From: an uncultured Erysipelotrichaceae bacterium
GTDB taxonomy: Bacteria; Bacillota_I; Bacilli_A; RFN20; CAG-826
Reading direction: 5' to 3'
Assembly (NCBI GenBank): GCA_902802905.1
Contig: CADCNT010000004.1
Location: 13,073 to 77,072 of the forward strand
Length of the DNA stretch: 64,000 nt
This document shows positions 26,171 through 34,034 of the stretch, in pieces; the first letter of the stretch is position 1; every line of letters begins with the position of its first letter. The position numbers and the translations under genes are program-made. The notes under the pieces were generated by a model. The model saw only the letters and a program-made list of their open reading frames with translations. It was not told the DNA's origin and ran no database searches.

Positions 26171-29100
26171 TTATCTTGTTCTCCCTTCCACTAATAACAT
26201 CGGTGTCATCTATAACTTTTCCGTATCTTTCTATTGTTGAAAGAATTTCTTCATAGACTCTGAAACCTCTTTGATCCATGCCTGGTCTACCATAAACATC
26301 TGGCAAATCAATAACACCTTTTGACTCAAGGTAGTTTCTGTTTCCAACAATGATAAGCATTCTTCTTGCTCTAGATAGGGCGACATTAATTCTTTGGTAA
26401 GCCAAAATGAAGCCCGGATTGCTTCTTCTTGGGTCTTCTGGGTTACGCACGGTTGACAAGATAATGATGTCTCTTTCATCGCCTTGGAAATCATCAACGG
26501 TGGACACAATCATTTTTTCAGCATCAGTCTTAAATGCATCTGTCTTTACTTTTTCACTCTTGATAATTTCTTTAATTCTTCTTGCCTGGTCACCATAAGT
26601 ACAAATTACACCAATGCTTAATTTTTCATGCGTAGGATTTTCTTTAAAGAAGGTATTAAGCTTTTTCAACATCTCAGCGACCACTCTCGCTTCTCCAGTG
26701 TTGTACATGGATGTAGAATCGGCCTCATGTGTCTCGTTTCCTTTGCAGTCAATAAAGTAAATGTGCTTGTCTGGCTCAATGATATTTCTACCATTTGAAT
26801 AGAGCCTGACATTATGTTGCTTCTTGTTGTTTTGTCCTGGCCAACCAAGTTTTAATTCACCACGATAGAAATGATTGAAAACATGCATAATGTGCTCGTG
26901 GCATCTATATTGCTGAACTAGCATGGTTTTATAACTGCTAGGAATCTTCTCAAATAATGTTTTGAAGAAACATTCTTCATACAGTTCAGTGAATCTCTTG
27001 TTAATGTCTTTATTAATGATTGAATCATCTAAGCCTTCAAAGTCATCATCACGCAGCTTGGAGAACTCATACATAGGTGGCAATTGTCTATGGTCGCCAA
27101 CAAGAATAACGGTCTTGCCATATAAAATTGGTATGAGCAAATCAATGAAGCTAGATTTAGATACTTCATCGATAATAACCACATCAATGCCAACAGATTT
27201 AATATCAACTCCATCAATGTTGTATTCAGAAAGGGAATCTAAGTTTCTGCTACTATAATAATCGCTTGAGGTACAAGTTATACCAAACACGTTAGCGTTC
27301 TCAAACAGTTCTCTGGTATAGTCTTTTCTATCTCCTTCAATAACATCGTTGGTTGTGATGTAATTGGAGATTTTTTCATACATTGGTATCTTTTCTTTAT
27401 TCTCTTGTTCTTTACTGGTGTAATCAGTTTCTAGTTCATTCCACTTCTTCTTAATGATGACAAGAGCTTCTTCAATATCGTTAAAAGGTTCAGATATTTC
27501 AAAGTCTCTGAAGAATTGGATAACACCACTTTCTAATTTGTACTTGTTCTCTTGAACATCTTTAACGTCGTTTCTATCTTGAATATCGATTATTTGCTCA
27601 TTGATGGATTGAATTGATTTCTTGCGTGTGCTCATTTCTTTATCAAGCTTCTCTTGTTCGAGCTCAAGTTTAGCCAGCTCACCATTGCATCTTTCAATAA
27701 AATCATATTTAATCTCAGAAACTTGTTCTTTAAGTGAGGCAACAGAGTTATAAATTGAAGAGATATTTTTAACTAAGTAATCGAATTTGAAAATTCCAGA
27801 TAATTTTAAATCTTCTGGCAGTTTTTCTTCGTTAGAATCTAATTGCTTTTTAATCTCGATTAATTGTTTTCTTAATTGATCATATTCCTCTTCTTTGCCA
27901 GGAATCACATCATCAAAATCATCTTTGCAATTTTTAATTGCATCTCTTATTCTATTACGCTCAATCTCGAGCATTGTTTTATTTGAATCCGGATTAATAA
28001 CGGCGAGCTCTCTTGTTATTTCTTCCATCTTGATGCTATTGATTGCCTTAACTAATTCTGAGATATCTTTATCAACAAATATTTCCTTGTCGAACAAAGG
28101 AATTAAACTGTTGCGACATTCAATAATTAAATCAGTTTTTACATCCTCGTCTGGTTTGAGGTTGTCGTTTTCAATGTGGCGAATAGTTCTTCTGACGATA
28201 TCTATTTCTATTCTTAAAGAGTCTTTTTTGTTGCTTAAACCAGTTATTTCAACACTAATGACTTTAGCTTGCTTTTCTAAACCCTTAATCTCCTCAGCGG
28301 CATCGTTAAGAACCTTGATTGACTTATCAACTTTAGCTTTTAAGAACACTAACTTGTCAAAACTTTCTTTGAATTCCTCTTTGTTCTTTTGGAAGTTCTT
28401 ATATCTCTCCACAGCCTTCTTCATGTTAGAAGAAATATTTTCATAGAAATTATCAACTAAGTATTTTGGATCGTATTCATTTTCTTTCTTAGCTGTAGTT
28501 GGAATTAAGCGAATCGGCACTATTTCCGCAATCTTTGGCAATCTTTCAAAAACATTATCAATAGCTTTATGGGTTTCACTGGATATTAAAACCTTCTTGC
28601 CCTTTTTAACCATTTGAGCAACTGTTTCTGCTATGACTTGTGTCTTTCCTGTGCCAGGAGGACCTTGCAATAGGAAAATGCCATTACTAGAAACAGCTTT
28701 TCTTACTGCTTCTTTTTGCATTTCGTTTAATGAATCTAAATACCATGTCCAATCGCTTGGCTCAGTTTGAACACTATTAAGTTCTTCTGGATTAAATAAA
28801 TAAGTTGAAAGATATGGGTTTTTAACATAACCAGAATAAAAGTTTTTAAGTGCTTGTTCTTGTCTCTTAATCTTGGCTGTTTCCGCCCTACTGTCATAGA
28901 CAATAAATTGGCAGCTGTTAATAGCTTTTATTTGCTTATCGTTAATAGCATTATTAATATCGCCTAGTCTAAAATATAGAGCAAAACGAATGATTGTTTC
29001 TTCTTCAATAACGACTTGTTTATCATTTTTTAGCTTTGCATCGAGCTCTTCCTTGGCTGCTATTTTTTCGTTTCTAATATCGTCTTTATATTTATTATTA

Positions 29101-30674
29101 ATCTCAATTATTTTTTCACTTCTTAAACGCTTGAGTTGGTTATCGTAATTGCTTCTAAGCTTCTGCTCATATGCCGCTAGCAACTTTTCGTTTCTCTCAA
29201 CATAAAGAGATCTGACATCAAGTTTTGAGTACTCTTTTTCTAATATTTCGCTAATGCGTTCTTGATAATCATTTTCTTTTTCTTTTTTATCCTTTGGATA
29301 TTTCTTGAGAACATCTTTTCTAATAGACGCTTTCATTGTTTTAATCTTTTCAACAATAGCTGTGTCCTTGTTCTCTATTACTTCGTCATCAAGTTTTGAA
29401 GAAAGCTCTTGTTTTTTCTCTGTCAAAGATTCAGCAAGTTCTTTATCAAACTTTTTAGATGTTTCTTTAATAAAACTCTCAACTTCTGAAGAAACAATTC
29501 TTTCATACTTTGAATCTATCGTCTTGTATTCTTTGTCGATTGATAATTCATATTGATACTCTAATTCACTCAAGTGTTCTTCTGGCAAAACATCATAAGA
29601 AAAGACTTTGAACCTATCTCCCAAAGCATATCCAGAGGTCAACATCTCACCAATTCTAGGTGTTTCACCATTTCTTCCGGCAACGGTTGGATCCAAAGAA
29701 GTGATGAAAACATTATCGCTAGCTAGAGAACGAATGGCGCGCTCTTCTTCACTAACACTTTTGCCTCTTTTTAAAACTTTTTTAGATTCGAATTCTTTTT
29801 TATTTCTTTCAATTATTAAACGAACAATTGGGAATTCTTCAGCTTCTTCTATCTTGTCAGACAAAAGAATCATTTCACCATAGCCAAATTCTGGTCTGTT
29901 ATCTAAAAGATAATCTTCATAAATGGAGGAGTTCCTTTTGTATTCTTTTTTATTAACTGCATAGGCTTTAACGAATGTAGCGCTATCTAGTTTAAAGTTT
30001 CTCTTTGCTTGTTCTTGCAAATAGTAATTTCTAAATTCGATGTACTTATTCCACTCTTCGTATCTTCTTCTGACTTCTTCAGGATGAGAAACGGTGAAAC
30101 AGCTATTTATTAATTCGAGAACATTGTTTGGAGTGAAGTATGTTTCGTTATAATCGACATTTGGAATTGACCACACGCTTACATTGAAAGTACCATTGAC
30201 CCCACTTCTTCTTTCTGTTGAAAAAGAATTACATGCCATTGCCGAAATAACCATATCGTGAGGCGAGGACATAGATTCATCAATTAGTTGAATGCCTTTA
30301 ACTTCAAAGAACTTTTGCTTACCACCCTCTACTATTTTGCCAACCAATATAATGTTTTGATTATCTGGTAGATACGTGCGCATGGACATAGTTAATTCTG
30401 GTCTAATGACCACATTATCTAAAAACTGTGTTTTGCCGCTTGATGATTCTCTTTTTTCTCTTAAAAAATTTGGACAAGAAATGTAGTATCTCTTGACCAT
30501 TCCTGATGGAAAGCATGTCTCAATAAATCTTTCGAAACTATTCGACTGTCTTCTTGGAGGGATTCTTTTTTGTAGATTTTTAAACTGTCCTCTTAATGAC
30601 TCGCCAAAAAGCTCGTTTTTAACGTTTATCTCTTTGTCTAATCTATCAGCAAATGAAATAAATAAATATGGCAT
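26163..30674 (-). CDS. Upf1/DNA2-like SF1 helicase, 1503 aa, with an N-terminal extension of about 630 aa and a coiled-coil insertion of about 500 aa between Walker A and motif II
   Basis: Walker A is LLQGPPGTGKTQVIAETV, motif II is VVIIDEVSKSS, and Upf1-type motifs V/VI are VDDFQGDERDIIILSTVR and INVALSRARRMLIIVGN. The RBS is AAGGAA 7 nt upstream. Confidence 0.8.
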   Translation of the reverse strand: MPYLFISFADRLDKEINVKNELFGESLRGQFKNLQKRIPPRRQSNSFERFIETCFPSGMVKRYYISCPNFLREKRESSSGKTQFLDNVVIRPELTMSMRTYLPDNQNIILVGKIVEGGKQKFFEVKGIQLIDESMSSPHDMVISAMACNSFSTERRSGVNGTFNVSVWSIPNVDYNETYFTPNNVLELINSCFTVSHPEEVRRRYEEWNKYIEFRNYYLQEQAKRNFKLDSATFVKAYAVNKKEYKRNSSIYEDYLLDNRPEFGYGEMILLSDKIEEAEEFPIVRLIIERNKKEFESKKVLKRGKSVSEEERAIRSLASDNVFITSLDPTVAGRNGETPRIGEMLTSGYALGDRFKVFSYDVLPEEHLSELEYQYELSIDKEYKTIDSKYERIVSSEVESFIKETSKKFDKELAESLTEKKQELSSKLDDEVIENKDTAIVEKIKTMKASIRKDVLKKYPKDKKEKENDYQERISEILEKEYSKLDVRSLYVERNEKLLAAYEQKLRSNYDNQLKRLRSEKIIEINNKYKDDIRNEKIAAKEELDAKLKNDKQVVIEEETIIRFALYFRLGDINNAINDKQIKAINSCQFIVYDSRAETAKIKRQEQALKNFYSGYVKNPYLSTYLFNPEELNSVQTEPSDWTWYLDSLNEMQKEAVRKAVSSNGIFLLQGPPGTGKTQVIAETVAQMVKKGKKVLISSETHKAIDNVFERLPKIAEIVPIRLIPTTAKKENEYDPKYLVDNFYENISSNMKKAVERYKNFQKNKEEFKESFDKLVFLKAKVDKSIKVLNDAAEEIKGLEKQAKVISVEITGLSNKKDSLRIEIDIVRRTIRHIENDNLKPDEDVKTDLIIECRNSLIPLFDKEIFVDKDISELVKAINSIKMEEITRELAVINPDSNKTMLEIERNRIRDAIKNCKDDFDDVIPGKEEEYDQLRKQLIEIKKQLDSNEEKLPEDLKLSGIFKFDYLVKNISSIYNSVASLKEQVSEIKYDFIERCNGELAKLELEQEKLDKEMSTRKKSIQSINEQIIDIQDRNDVKDVQENKYKLESGVIQFFRDFEISEPFNDIEEALVIIKKKWNELETDYTSKEQENKEKIPMYEKISNYITTNDVIEGDRKDYTRELFENANVFGITCTSSDYYSSRNLDSLSEYNIDGVDIKSVGIDVVIIDEVSKSSFIDLLIPILYGKTVILVGDHRQLPPMYEFSKLRDDDFEGLDDSIINKDINKRFTELYEECFFKTLFEKIPSSYKTMLVQQYRCHEHIMHVFNHFYRGELKLGWPGQNNKKQHNVRLYSNGRNIIEPDKHIYFIDCKGNETHEADSTSMYNTGEARVVAEMLKKLNTFFKENPTHEKLSIGVICTYGDQARRIKEIIKSEKVKTDAFKTDAEKMIVSTVDDFQGDERDIIILSTVRNPEDPRRSNPGFILAYQRINVALSRARRMLIIVGNRNYLESKGVIDLPDVYGRPGMDQRGFRVYEEILSTIERYGKVIDDTDVISGRENKING

Positions 30675-30807
30675 GTCAGTTCCTTTTTAAGCAAATGATG
30701 AGCGAATGCTTATTAAAATTATATCTTATCCAACCTTATTAATTAAGGTTTTCTGTTATATTTTAGCACTAAGTTTGTTGGAGTTGGTTTTTGTCCCAAA
30801 ATCGGGT

Positions 30808-30830
30808 ACAAAAAAAAGGAATATTTCCTT
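30808..30830 (-). terminator. Rho-independent terminator after the small HTH gene
   Basis: Stem AAGGAA-TAT-TTCCTT, followed on the minus strand by a run of eight U. It separates the HTH gene from the operon promoter. Confidence 0.6.
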
Positions 30831-30834
30831 GACC

Positions 30835-31038
30835 TTAGTCAATTGATATTCCATCGATGCCAAGCATTTTGCACATTTTGAAGAATGTGTCAATGTCGGT
30901 TCCGTGGTTGATAATTCGACTCACGGTCTTACGACTAGCACCAAACTTTTTACCAAAATTGCTTTGGTTTTTATATTGGTCTTTAATGCGGCATTTGATT
31001 TCTTCCATAATGTTTTTGGAAGAGTAGCAATTAGTCAT
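30835..31038 (-). CDS. Small HTH (XRE-like) regulator, 67 aa
   Basis: HTH region FGKKFGASRKTVSRIINHG. Confidence 0.6.
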   Translation of the reverse strand: MTNCYSSKNIMEEIKCRIKDQYKNQSNFGKKFGASRKTVSRIINHGTDIDTFFKMCKMLGIDGISID

Positions 31039-31090
31039 AATCTGTCCTCCTCCGTATAGCTGAGTCGAGATTATTTGCTACAAGCCTATT

Positions 31091-32053
31091 TTACATTAAA
31101 TTGAAGAAATTATCTTTTAAAATCTTGAGAAGTGATTCATCAGAATTCCAATATGCTTCATCTGGGTCTTCTCCATACATCATTTCGCAGAATTCTTTAA
31201 CAAATTCAAAGAGGTTATTTAATGTTTCATCAACAAACTCAGGGCCAATCTTTAACCAATTGCCTGCATACATGCCGTTTTCATATTCGAACCCCACTTC
31301 TCTATAAGAGTAGACGAATTTGGATTGAAACTTCTTTAGTTTTTCATCTTTTTCAAAAGGGTTATTAGCTAAAGCATTATATGCATTAAGTGTGTTGTGT
31401 TTTAAGAAGTTATCAATTTTGTTCAAAACATCGAAATAACGATAATGAGGAAGTTTATATAAAGGGTTGGCTCTTTTTGTCTCACCGTTAAATCTTTCCT
31501 GAACATGAAAGAAGAATGATTTGTATGTGAAATCTTGGGTGTTGGTATATCCTCTTTCTTTGATAACTAAGAGAATGGTTCTAAACAACTCCGTGAAGAT
31601 CTTTTGCAAATATTGCAAATGAATGCTTTTGATGACTTCGCCATATTTCTTTTGACGCTTAGCACCAGCAAGAAGAGCGTTAAATTCAATATCTTCAAAA
31701 TCATCAGCACTAGAAGTATGAGCGATTTCGTTAACTCTAACGCTTTCTCTCACTTCTTCTGGTGTTGTTAGATTGTTGATAGCCTCTTTATATTCGAGGT
31801 TCCAATCTTTTGTGAGCCTATTTATTTGGTCCCTTAAAACGTTGACCGCATAATTTGAGCGGTTTTTATATCTAGGGATGAAATAATGTGTGTTCCTAGG
31901 TGTTGTAAAAAGAGCTTCAGGAAAGCATCCATCACAGTGAAGCAACTTTAATCTCTTTGTATCGATATGATATCTTCCATCTTTAAGATGAAAGCCATAA
32001 TAAGCATAGTCACTAGGGCTAACTTTATCGTAATCAAATAGTTCTCTAGTCAT
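31091..32053 (-). CDS. Hypothetical protein, 320 aa
   Basis: Long ORF immediately upstream of the HTH gene with the same orientation. No recognised motifs. Confidence 0.55.
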   Translation of the reverse strand: MTRELFDYDKVSPSDYAYYGFHLKDGRYHIDTKRLKLLHCDGCFPEALFTTPRNTHYFIPRYKNRSNYAVNVLRDQINRLTKDWNLEYKEAINNLTTPEEVRESVRVNEIAHTSSADDFEDIEFNALLAGAKRQKKYGEVIKSIHLQYLQKIFTELFRTILLVIKERGYTNTQDFTYKSFFFHVQERFNGETKRANPLYKLPHYRYFDVLNKIDNFLKHNTLNAYNALANNPFEKDEKLKKFQSKFVYSYREVGFEYENGMYAGNWLKIGPEFVDETLNNLFEFVKEFCEMMYGEDPDEAYWNSDESLLKILKDNFFNLM

Positions 32054-32365
32054 AAACCTCGCCTTTTTAATTGTTTATTTAAACTAAGTGCAGCACACCA
32101 CTCCTTGATAAACAACATAGGTGTCGCATTAAACAACGCGTTTTATGCTCCTGCTGCGAATTAATACTATCATATCAGCTAATCAACTCCAACTTTTGTC
32201 CCCAAAAATGTCCCAAGCATAAGTAAAAAGAAAACCATAACACTTTGTGTTATTTATCCACAACCCTCCTCAATGGTGCTTTTTGTCTTGGTTTATAATA
32301 CATTTAAGTATTATAAAGAAGATTGTTTAGTTAGTGTTTCAACATCCAGTTTTGTTAAATGGCCG

Positions 32366-33703
32366 CTATTTCTGTTCGGATAAAAATCTCTTAAGTAAAA
32401 AGGTCAAGAAATAAGGGAAAGTGTATATATTATTTGCAAAGCCAACATTCTTTTCGGCTAATTTAATCCCAAAATTAATGTCACTTATTTTCTCATCTTC
32501 TATAAAAGCTTTGACTGATTTCATTTTTCCATCAGTAGCCTTAACATCTATTGGTATCAGATTATTTGCATCCCTAACAAAGAACTCGACTTCTTGTGTG
32601 GCATCTTCGTTTTTAAAGAAATATAAGTCATATCCCGACTTCTTCAACATATCTGCAACAATATTCTCATAAATGCCACCTTTATATGTATTGAAGTTCT
32701 TGTTTTCTCTTAAATCTTTTGATGATTCTTCATCTAGTGATGCTACTAGTAGACCAGTATCCATAAAATACATGCGATAATTATCTGGATCATAATTGCC
32801 CTTGAGTGGTAGAGCCAAATCATTTAAGCAATAAGAAACATTAACAATTCCAGCGTCAATTAACCAGTCTGTTACTCCAACATATTCTCTATTTCTTGCA
32901 CCATGAGCAACTTTAGAAATTCTAAATTTTTTATTCTCTTGACTTAGAAAAACCGGAATCTTTCTAAAGACATTCAATATTTTTGTTTTATCTAATCCTT
33001 CAGCATATTTAGTAATGTCTTCCTCATAATCAAGGATGATTTGTTTTTGAAGTGCTAAAGTGCCACTATAATTCTTTTGATTCACAAAGAGTTTAACAAT
33101 TTCAGGCATACCGCCTAATACCATATATTGATGGAATCTTTCTAGAAGGACATTGAATTGCGAGTCAGATAACGGAGTTAACTCCTTCATACACTCATAA
33201 ACTTTCTCAATTTGTTCTTCTTTATAGCCTAACGCCCACAAGAATTCTTCAAAATCCATAGAGTACATTGTATAGTCTATTTTATGTCCTGTACTTACTG
33301 ATTCTATTTCTTTATATGAAAGTCCCATTAAAGAACCAGAGCAAATAACATCAAATCTTCCGTCTAATTTAAAAGATTTTAATGATGTCGCAGCATTAAC
33401 ACATTTTTGAATTTCGTCAAAAAAGATAAGGGTCTTGCCAGGAATGAATTCCAAAGATGGATCTTTTAAAGAAATGTTTTCAAGTATTTTATCCACTTTA
33501 TAGCCATCATCAAAAATATCTCTATATTCGGGGTTGAGGACAAAATTTATTTCCACTAATGAAAGATTGTTTCTTTTCGCAAACTCTTCGACTGTTTTGG
33601 TTTTGCCAATTTGTCTAGCTCCTTTAATAATAAGTGGCTTTTTATTTTTGCTAATAAACCATTCATCTAAAAACTTATCTATTTTTCTTCTTAAATAATC
33701 CAT
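32366..33703 (-). CDS. AAA+ ATPase of the DUF4143/COG1373 type
   Basis: P-loop PLIIKGARQIGKTKTVEEF, Walker B LIFFDEIQK and a conserved C-terminal DUF4143-like region. The GAGGT RBS serves ATG at 33703. The ORF track starts at 33724. Confidence 0.75.
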   Translation of the reverse strand: MDYLRRKIDKFLDEWFISKNKKPLIIKGARQIGKTKTVEEFAKRNNLSLVEINFVLNPEYRDIFDDGYKVDKILENISLKDPSLEFIPGKTLIFFDEIQKCVNAATSLKSFKLDGRFDVICSGSLMGLSYKEIESVSTGHKIDYTMYSMDFEEFLWALGYKEEQIEKVYECMKELTPLSDSQFNVLLERFHQYMVLGGMPEIVKLFVNQKNYSGTLALQKQIILDYEEDITKYAEGLDKTKILNVFRKIPVFLSQENKKFRISKVAHGARNREYVGVTDWLIDAGIVNVSYCLNDLALPLKGNYDPDNYRMYFMDTGLLVASLDEESSKDLRENKNFNTYKGGIYENIVADMLKKSGYDLYFFKNEDATQEVEFFVRDANNLIPIDVKATDGKMKSVKAFIEDEKISDINFGIKLAEKNVGFANNIYTFPYFLTFLLKRFLSEQK

Positions 33704-33727
33704 ATCATGACCTCGCGAATACATATT

Positions 33728-33805
33728 ATCACAAAATTCTAGAGTTTTTAAGACAGAAAATCACAAAATTCTTGATTATTAGCCTTTATAAATCACAAAA
33801 TTCTT
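33728..33805. repeat. Three direct copies of ATCACAAAATTCT(T), spaced about 32 bp apart, in the promoter region of the AAA ATPase gene
   Basis: Copies at 33728, 33760 and 33792. Confidence 0.6.
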
Positions 33806-34034
33806 ATTTTATATTTGTAGGTTTGCACAGTTCTTTCTGACTTTTTCCGAATTCAATTAGGTTTTAGCCAAAAGTAATAAAATAATCAATATTTGTTAAT
33901 GAAAATTTTATTGTTATGTGATCATTTTTGGTGTTTCGGAAGAAGATGTTCGAAATATAGATAATCAACTTAGTGACATCCCACTACTTATAGAAGTGGG
34001 GACTTCTTGCTTGCTATATTAAATTATTATACTT

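Noticed and set aside
27700-29600. Highly repetitive K/E-rich coding stretch in the helicase, considered as a possible tandem DNA repeat or CRISPR-like array.
   Set aside because: No exact DNA periodicity was found. It is a coiled-coil-encoding low-complexity region, not a repeat array. No CRISPR repeats were seen anywhere in the window.
30776-32220. 10-bp inverted match (GTTGGAGTTG / CAACTCCAAC) adjacent to the TTTTGTCCCAAAA-like motifs, as possible terminal inverted repeats of a mini-element around the HTH + 320-aa pair.
   Set aside because: Ten-mer matches are expected many times by chance in 64 kb of AT-rich DNA. The arrangement (X'Y versus XY) is not a clean TIR. Only the longer direct-motif similarity is kept as a low-interest note.
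32265-32273. A DnaA-box-like TTATCCACA.
   Set aside because: It is a single isolated 9-mer with no box cluster or AT-rich DUE, so it is not evidence of an origin.
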